The position numbers and the translations under genes are program-made. Of a stretch of DNA of 64,000 nucleotides, positions 55,624 through 64,000 are shown one piece after another. Position 1 is the first letter of the stretch, and every line of letters begins with the position of its first letter. The notes beneath the pieces are model-generated. The model did no database searches and was not told the origin of the DNA. It was given only the letters and a program-made list of their open reading frames with translations. This DNA comes from Octopus sinensis (Eukaryota): positions 10,167,360 through 10,231,359 of the forward strand of contig NC_043019.1 of assembly GCF_006345805.1 (NCBI RefSeq). Direction: 5' to 3'.

Positions 55624-56502
55624 CTGGTTAAAAAATGTAAACCATAGCTGAATATCCTTTAGAAAGAAGAAAAAGCAGTAAAAAGAACAGAAAAAGACTC
55701 AATTTCAACACAAAAATCAACCAGGAACAACAAAAAAATTCTTTTAAGAAACTTTAGTAACAATCTTCCACCCAGGTTCTGAAACCGCAACTCCAAATCA
55801 CCTTACAAACACCAGTTGTTGACATCACCCACCTTCAGTCCAATGAAATTCTAGAAACACCAGTTGCTGGTGTCACCTAACTCCAGACCAACCAAAACCG
55901 AACTTCAGTGAATACAAGGAAATGACCATTTAAGAGAACCAACCAACCGGAACGACTTATGGCCATATCCACAAGGAAACCAACCAAGCAGAATGATAAA
56001 CTTGTCCAAGAGAAAAAAAAAGTCACCAGTATTTTAACGAATCAAAAATCAAATCTGCTCGTGGAAAAAATCATAAATTCATCTGATCCCAAAACATACC
56101 ACTACAAATGAAAGCATCTACTAGAAGAGGATCAGAGAAACTGTAAACCAAATTCCCTTTTTTACTATTTTCATTTCACACTTGTTTTTTCAGTATGACT
56201 TGTCGACCACCACAAAAATTAATGAACTTTGTACATTCAAACAAATTGATATACAGTTTTAATTTTATTGACTGCTGTGAACATTCAGACTTACACCTTC
56301 TATTTTGAACATTTCAATTCATCTGTTTTGAAACATTTTAATTTGTCAACATTGAAACTTTTAAAGATGTTTTTCTAATTTTAAACTTTTACCATTGATA
56401 AACAAAAAATATTGTTGAAACTAGTTTGGTATATATGTAAATAAATGTATTTTAAACATTTACGAGTTTTTGAAATTTAGGTGCATTACCAACAACACAT
56501 TT

Positions 56503-56552
<50 letters not shown>

Positions 56553-56557
<5 letters not shown>

Positions 56558-56852
56558 TAGGGAATAAATCCAAATTTACAGGGAAAAAATCAGATTTAGG
56601 ATTAAATCGATTTTATAGTAAAATATTATAAAATATTATTAGAGACAAAACCACTATTTTGCAAAACAAACAAGGAAAGACTTAATCAATACTTCATAAT
56701 TTGACACTGAATTATTGGAAGTCCACCTGAAGATTGTCGATCAAGACAAGAAACGATTGTAGTGGCGGTTTTTTTGACTATTTATTAAAATTTTATGTAT
56801 TGATTAAGTCTTTCCTTGTTTGTTTTGCAAAATAGTGGTTTTGTCTCTAATA

Positions 56853-56862
<10 letters not shown>
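56553..56862. mobile_element. Penelope-type pseudo-LTR fold-back relic between (TA)n tracts; perfect 66-bp inverted repeat
   Basis: 56627-56692 is the exact reverse complement of 56797-56862. The 104-nt spacer contains a hammerhead motif. The PLE assignment is inferred from that motif. Confidence 0.65.
56723..56765 (+). ncRNA. Minimal type-I hammerhead ribozyme motif
   Basis: Stem I CCAC / CUGAAGA / stem II UUGUC-GAUCAA-GACAA / GAAA / stem III C-GAUU-G / UA cleavage site (GUA, after 56761) / stem I' GUGG. All conserved core nucleotides are present. Confidence 0.8.
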
Positions 56863-56885
<23 letters not shown>

Positions 56886-57297
56886 TCTCTTTTACTCTTT
56901 TACTTGTTTCAGTCATTTGACTGCGGCCATGCTGGAGCACCGCCTTTAATCGAACAACTCGACCCCGGGACTTATTCTTTTGTAAGCCCAGTACTTATTC
57001 TATCGGTCTCTTTTGCCGAACCGCTAAGTAACGGGGACATAAACACACCAGCATCGGTTGTCAAGCAATGCTAGGGGACAAACACAGACACATAAACACA
57101 CACACGCATATATATATATATATATACATATATACGATGGGCTTCTTTCAGTTTCCGTCTACCAAATCCACTCACAAAGCCTTGGTCGGCCCGAGGCTAT
57201 AGTAGAAGACACTTGCCCAAGGTGCAACGCAGTGGGACTGAACCCGGAACCATGTGGTTGGTAGACAAGCTACTTACCACACAGCCACTCCTGCGCC
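56886..57297 (-). mobile_element. tRNA-derived SINE family B, full-length young copy
   Basis: Minus-strand head ggcgcaggagtggctgtgtggtaag...ggttcagtcccactgcg (A/B-box-like), CpG-rich, internal (TA/CA)n, tail aaaagagtaaaagag. Confidence 0.85.
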
Positions 57298-57523
57298 TAT
57301 ATATATATATATATGTATGTATGTATGTATGCATGCATGCATGCATGCATGCATGCATGCATGTATGTATGTATGTATGTACGTATGTATGTATGTATGT
57401 ATGTATGTATGTATGTATATACATGCCCACACACACCCATACCAGCCTGAAAGGCAGATGTTAAACAATGATGATACTGATATGTAAATTTGTTTTATAA
57501 TAAAATAATCATTCTTTTCTCAG

Positions 57524-57642
57524 TGAAATCTTAAAAACCCGTGATGGTGGTCGCATTCAAATAGATTGGTTAGAAAATCAAAATCCAGACCATCCTGACC
57601 CAGCAAAGCGTCCTACAGTTATACTTTTACCTGGATTAACAG
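57524..57642 (+). CDS. ABHD3: ABHD3-like coding exon 3 (119 nt)
   Basis: (S)EILKTRDGGRIQIDWLENQNPDHPDPAKRPTVILLPGLT(G), similar to ABHD3 ELIKTADGGQISLDW...RPTILLLPGLTG. Acceptor attcttttctcAG; donor G|GTAATT, phase 1. Confidence 0.93.
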
Positions 57643-58968
57643 GTAATTATCTACACTTTTACCTTTTTTGATGCTGTAATTTAGCCATATTTATACACAT
57701 ATATATATGCACACACTGGAAGCTGATTATGATAATCATGGATATTATTATCAATTGATTATTATCAAAATTAGTGGATTTCAACCCTGCTTAGGATAGT
57801 TATATCTTCTGCTTTATGTTATCTTTCAGCTATCGTTATCAAAAAGGAAACATCCCAACATATTTATAATGAATGGTTTCTAATATATGTGTGTGCATGC
57901 ATGTGTATATAAATGTGTGTGTGTGTGTATAATATATATATATACTAGTGAGACCTAAAGATAGTCGTTCATCTGCTACTCATTGAAAAGCAAAAGAATA
58001 CAATTATTACTTTATGCACTATCTTATTAGACATAAGACACAGTACTCATCAAATAAATATTCCATTTCCCCCATAAACAAACAAAAAGAATGCCATACA
58101 TATGATACAACCTTTAGTTGAGTTGCATATATATCTGCTACATAAACAAGCGTGAAAATGTCCTGGAATTGCACTTATGTCTATGAATAAAGTGACAGGT
58201 GATATAAAAAAACCAAAAAACAATTCAATTAAACCAAAAAACCATTTTCACTATTCACTCACCTCTCTCTCCCATCTCTTCCCCTCCTCTCTCTCTCTCT
58301 TTCTCTCTGCCTTTAACCTCACCATCAGAACGATCCTCCTCTACCTTCAACTAACTTTTTTAACCATGTAACAAATACCATGTTCCTCCTACCTCACATC
58401 ATGGACGCTTCTCTCTCCCTCTTTTTCTCTCTCCCACTTTTCTTTCTCCCACTTTTACTCTAATTGTGTGAAAGCGTTACTGACAGCCTAAGTAATGCAA
58501 TGACAAGCAGAATTATTACATCATCATCATCATCATCATTTAACTTCGTTTTCCATGCTAGCATGGGTTGGACTGTTCGACTGGGTTCTGGTAAGCCATG
58601 GAGGCTGCACCAGGCTCCAGTCTAATCTGGCAGTGTTTCTACAGCTGGATGCCCTTCCTATCGCCAACCACTCCATGAGTGTAGTGGGTGTTTTTTACGT
58701 GCCACTGGCACAGGGGCCAGAGCAGGCTGGCAAATGGCCATGATCAGTTGGTGCTTTTACGTGTCACCGACATGGACACCAGTCAGGCAGTGCTGGCATC
58801 TGCCACGTTTGGATGGTGCTTTTTACGTGTCACTGGCATGGGTGTCTTAACTACAATTTCCATTTGATTTTTATTTTGATGTTGACATACTTGACTCAAT
58901 AGGTCTCCTCAAGAACAGTGGGTCACTCTATGATCCAAGGTTAGCACAGCAGGCCATCCTGCGAGCCA

Positions 58969-59069
<101 letters not shown>

Positions 59070-59226
59070 TGAAAGAAAAAAGAACAAAATGGAAACATAA
59101 CTTCAATAATCCCTAACATATATCAATGACTTTCACATTATATGATAGGGATTAACTAGTGGAGTACCTTGGATTATTTAATCCCTAATGGGGATATAAC
59201 CTCCTTGAATCAACTCTCTCTCTCTT

Positions 59227-59278
<52 letters not shown>

Positions 59279-59489
59279 TATAGTTATAAAGATATATATA
59301 TAAATATATAATATGTGTGTGTGTGCATGTGCGCATATATATGTGTGTATATGTATACATCTATATGTGTGGGTGTATATGTATACATATAGAGAGTGTG
59401 GTGAATAAAGTGTCATCTAAATTGCACAAAAAGGAAAATAAAACTGACATCTCATTTTAACAGATATATTTACCAAAATTACATAAAAG

Positions 59490-59800
59490 TATTTTGAAAT
59501 ATTAAAGGGTAAATTTATTCAATAAAATCGCCATTGGTCTCCAGGCGACTTCAGAATCTCCTTCAACTCTTCTGGACGGTCTCCTTGTTTAAGGTGGTGA
59601 ATGCTGACATAATCCTTGCCTTCAGTTAATTTTTGGTGTTATAAGGAGTTTTGTTGGCTCCTTGTTCAACTGTGCCCCACACATAATCAGGGTTTTGCAG
59701 TCTGGAAAGTTACGTGGTCAGATGTTGGGGGTGATGTGGTCACAGAAATTGTCTGACAGCCATGGACTGGATTCTCCTGCTTGTGTGGCATGGTGCAGAA
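59490..59800 (-). mobile_element. maT/DD37D mariner transposase C-terminal relic
   Basis: WLSDNFCDHITPNI*P..FPDC....DYVWGTVEQ...LKARIMSAFTTLNKETVQK...GDFIE*. Confidence 0.7.
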
Positions 59801-61371
59801 TCCTGTTACCAGGGAGAGTGAAAGAAAGAGAGAGATAAACAAAGAGTGGGAGAAAGGCAGAGAGAAAGGCAGAGAGAGATGGGAAGAGAAAGGGAAGGGG
59901 AGAGGGAGAAAGAGAGAGAGAGAGAGAGAGAACGAGGTTATATGATGTTGGTGAGCAGAGGTTTGTTAATGAGTCAGTTTGCCGTTTTTGAATGAGTTCA
60001 ACAATGTTTGTATCTGTAGAAGTTACCGCCAGCCAGCCAGCCATGTGAACCGTACTGTCATGGGGGTGGGTGGGGAGTGACACTTGTATCTTGTCTAGGG
60101 CAGACATCTAGCAAACGAGAATTACATAATCAGTTACTCCAATTCATGTATAAAACTAGAGACATTTATGGACGGTCAGTTGAAGCTAGCATTGGGAAAG
60201 GGAATGTAAAGCTATAATCACAAATGTCTCAATTATAAAAATTTTAGTAATTAACTAATTAGTATATTTTATCTGAAGTTTTTCAATCTGTCAGTTTCTT
60301 AATGATTAGTCTGAAGTATTATATAATTAACTCTAATTTTTATACATTGGTATAGTTGCACTATTTCTTTTTAATCATCTTTAATTTCTATCTATTTGTC
60401 AGTGAGCTGTTTGTTATTCCATAAATACTATATCTTGTTCAATTTACATCATTTGTGCACTTACAGCCAAAAAGCCGTGGCTGTTTTTTGGAATATGTCC
60501 AATAGATGTTTAAGAATTTCCATTTAGCCTCTAGAACGAACTAGAGTATATTACACTTATAGCAGACAACAGCTCTGACATGTCTTGTAAAGAAGAGTAG
60601 CTCTCCGGATACCAATGTTCACTTACTTTGTACAGGATATAAAAATAACTTTGGCAATATTGCTATTGATTTTAGATGTAGGCCAACACTATAATATATC
60701 GGAAGGAAAATGTTTCTTTTTGTCAGATTTCTTAGATTAAACTGAACATGGTGCTCTAGGCCAAATATTATTATCGAGAAAAATTTTCAAAAAATAAATT
60801 TCCTTCACATTCAAACTGTTGATATTTTCTGTAACTAATATTTCTTTATTTATAGTCTATTAAGAAAATTATGATTTAAGAAAGGAGCCTCTGTGTGGTC
60901 ATTCAATCTGCTAGAAATAGTAATGAAATCTCCCGCAAATCACACCCTACTATCTTCATAAAAGTACACATTAGATAATATAGATGCACTATACTTGGGA
61001 TAGTCATGGTTAGAATGCTTTTAATCATAGGTCTACTTGTTCATAACTGATTTGGGACTAAAAAAATACAAAATTGCTAAATTCTGTTCTTGTTATGAGA
61101 TTTCATTTATGGTTTTCCCAAAGGAATAACAGGGAACCAATAGGCAGATTATATTTGATCTTTTATCTTTTACTTGTTTCAATCATTGGACTGCAGACAT
61201 GTGGGCGGGGGGGGGATGCACCATCTTGAAGGATTTAGCTGAAGAAATCAACCCCAGTACTTATTTCTAAGTCTGGTACTTTTCTATCAGTCTCTTGCCA
61301 AACTGTTAAATCACAGCGAAGTAAACAAACCAACACTGGTTGCCAAGCAATAATAGTGGGACAAAAACATG

Positions 61372-61453
<82 letters not shown>

Positions 61454-64000
61454 ATGGCCTTCTGTGCAGTTTCTGTCTCCCAAATTCACTGATAGGGTAT
61501 TCATTGACCTGGGGCTAAAATAGAAATTACTTGCCTAAGGTGCTGTACTTTGGGATTGAACCCAAAACCATGTTGCTGCAAAGCGAGCTTCTTAACCACA
61601 CAGCCATGCCTATAAAACAGAATAAGAGTGTAAAGGCCTCCTCAACTCTGAAGAAACTTTTGCTGTGGTTTAGCCCCCAGGGAGCCCTATTTCAGCAGAC
61701 CTGTTATCAAGAGCTTTCCAGCCATGCTCTGCTTTTCTTTGCTTTAGATAGTGTATCAAGTTTCACATCATCCAATGTGCCCCCCACTTTTGTTTAAATC
61801 AGTATAGTATGATTTGAAGGATATTTGGTTATTATTTCTAGCAGATCAGGTCATTATGTAAAGGTTCCTCCTTGTTAGCTTATGGAGACTTGTCTTTTAT
61901 TTTCCTCAGAAAAACGAAATGTAAAGTCGACCTTGGTAGGATTTGAACTCAGAGCATAAAGTATTGTAAACAAGATCCTCTCCGACTTGCATAACACAAT
62001 GTTATGCAAATTTATTTTCCTGTGGTAAAAAAGATCCTTCTGGTCCTTGAATTATGATGACGGATGTTCCAGTTGATCCGATCAATGGAACAGCTTGCTC
62101 AGGAAATAAGGTACAAATGGCGAAGTGCTCCACAGACATTTGTAATCTGAATCTAGTTTTTCAGAGAGATTCAGTGACACACAGAATGCGACAAGGTTGG
62201 CCCTTTGAATTAATTTGAATTGCTACTTTGCCAGCTGAGTGAATTGTAGCAACATGAAATAAAGTGTCTTACTTAAGGACACAACATGTGGCCAGGTATC
62301 TGACTCATAATCTTACAATTGTGAGCCAAATACCTGCATTACTAGGCCGGGCAAGTTCACAGGACAAAATATTTGTGCACTTAATATATAAGAAGAATTA
62401 TTAGCTGCAACATTGTTTAAGGCTGCTATCCATTTCTGTTGCATTAATTTCTTGGCCGCAAAACACATGTGTATGTGTGTGTGTTTGTGTGTATGTGTGT
62501 GCACATGCACACGTGTGTAGCCAAGCAGAAACAGTGGTTAGAATAATAATTAGAGCTGCAAGCTGGCTGAATCATTAGCACACTGGGGTAAATGCTTAGT
62601 GGTTTTTTTGTCTGTCTTTACATTCTGAGTTCAAATTCTGTCAAGGTTGATGTTACCTCTCACCTCTTCAGGGTTGATAAAATAAGTACCAAGCAAGTGC
62701 TAGGGTCAATTACATCAACTTATCCCTTCTTCCAATATTGCTGGCCTTGTGCTAACATTTTAAATCAATATTAGCTGTGAATAGATGGAAATATTGGAGT
62801 GTTAGATGAAATGCTTTGTGGTATTTGTTGTGATTCTTTGCCGGGGTTAGCCTTGCTTTCCATTTTTCAGGGGTTGATAAGTAAGTATGAAGGTGATGGA
62901 ATTGATAGGGCTTCAGATAGACTGCATTGTGATATTTGTTCTTACTCTTTGTGTTTGGAGTTCAAATCTTGTGGATTATGTGGGTGATAGATTAAAACTG
63001 TTGCCCAGTTGAACACCACAATTTGGCCGTTGGGTTCCTTTAGTAGATATGCTGTAAGTATTCTGGCTAAGACTCCAGTTGAGGATACTATCCTCCCTCT
63101 CTTCCACCAGTCTTAGGGACTTCGACGTTGGTCATTGGGACTGCCCTTCCTTCTTGACTAAGCAATAAATAAAGAAAGCCCATAAAGATGAATGATAACA
63201 CTAACGTTGGCAAGATTTGAACTTAGAAAATCCTTTTGATTTTGACTGAATACGTCTTATGTGCACGAATGCCATAGAATTTCAATTTCATTTTTCATTA
63301 ATGTATATCTTTATTTCTAATATTCCTTGGAAGGAAATCAATTATGTGTTTTATTTCAAGTAGATTTATAAAAGACATTTGGAAGGAGATTATAAAGAAA
63401 CAGGTTTTAGATTATAAATGAATTTTGGAATTATTTGCTGCTAAACAGCAAAATCTCGTGAAGCAATTTCGATTTCTTCCTTCAAATAATAATCTTTAGC
63501 TGAGTCATTAACATCTTTGTTTATTTTTTGCATTGTCAATTTCTCTTTTGCATTGTCAATTAATTCTTCCACTTTAAAGAAATGAAGAATCCAATAAAAC
63601 AAAAATAAAATAGAAGTACACAAAACAGAATATAAAATAATGAAATTAATTCAAATTCAAAACTAACTATTCTAAATTCTTTAAATTCTTTACAGTTCTG
63701 TCTATTTGGTAGCATGACATTGTCACATTCCTGTTCTGAGTTCAAATTCTGCCACAGTTGACTTTGATGAAATGTGTTTCAGCCATGACCTTCCTGTCTG
63801 TTTTGTTTCTTTTTTTTTAAAACAGTGTATATCTAGGAGTACATTATCTGACAGGTTTCTTTTTTTTTTAAACAGTAGAGTGTACTTTGAATGAAATTTG
63901 GTTCCTCTTTCTAGCAAATTAAGCAACTGTGCAGAGGTTCACTTATCCTATCTTAACTTTGCTCTTAAAATCTATATCTATAAAATCAATATTGAAAGAT

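Overview
Eukaryotic, AT-rich, microsatellite- and transposon-saturated genomic DNA. The SINE, RTE and LINE families look like those of Octopus (coleoid cephalopod); this is inferred from repeat recognition and not confirmed by a search. The only host gene I can support is the 5' part of a + strand ABHD1/ABHD3-type alpha/beta-hydrolase (phospholipase ABHD3-like). It has three coding exons, 7605-7781, 51386-51549 and 57524-57642, with GT-AG introns of about 43.6 kb and 6.0 kb and consistent phases; the rest of the gene lies beyond the window. Almost everything else is degraded mobile DNA: tRNA-derived SINEs, RTE, CR1-group, Tx1/L1-like, R4/Dong-like and Penelope-like retroelements, Tc1, maT/DD37D and pogo DNA transposons, and MITEs. 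The most notable observations are: (1) a complete minimal type-I hammerhead ribozyme motif enclosed by a perfect 66-bp inverted repeat, on the sense strand of intron 2; (2) an RTE LINE with a twin-priming-like 5' inversion and junction microhomology; (3) a candidate alternative exon in intron 1 whose ATG is in frame with exon 2 and would give an enzyme without the N-terminal membrane anchor; (4) a possible ORF1-only (HAL1-like) retroelement; (5) four LINE insertions in one (TA)n array, including a tail-to-tail inverted pair. No prokaryotic-type system (CRISPR, operon) is present. The long Y/I-rich ORFs are microsatellite artefacts. TE boundaries are approximate unless stated to the base.
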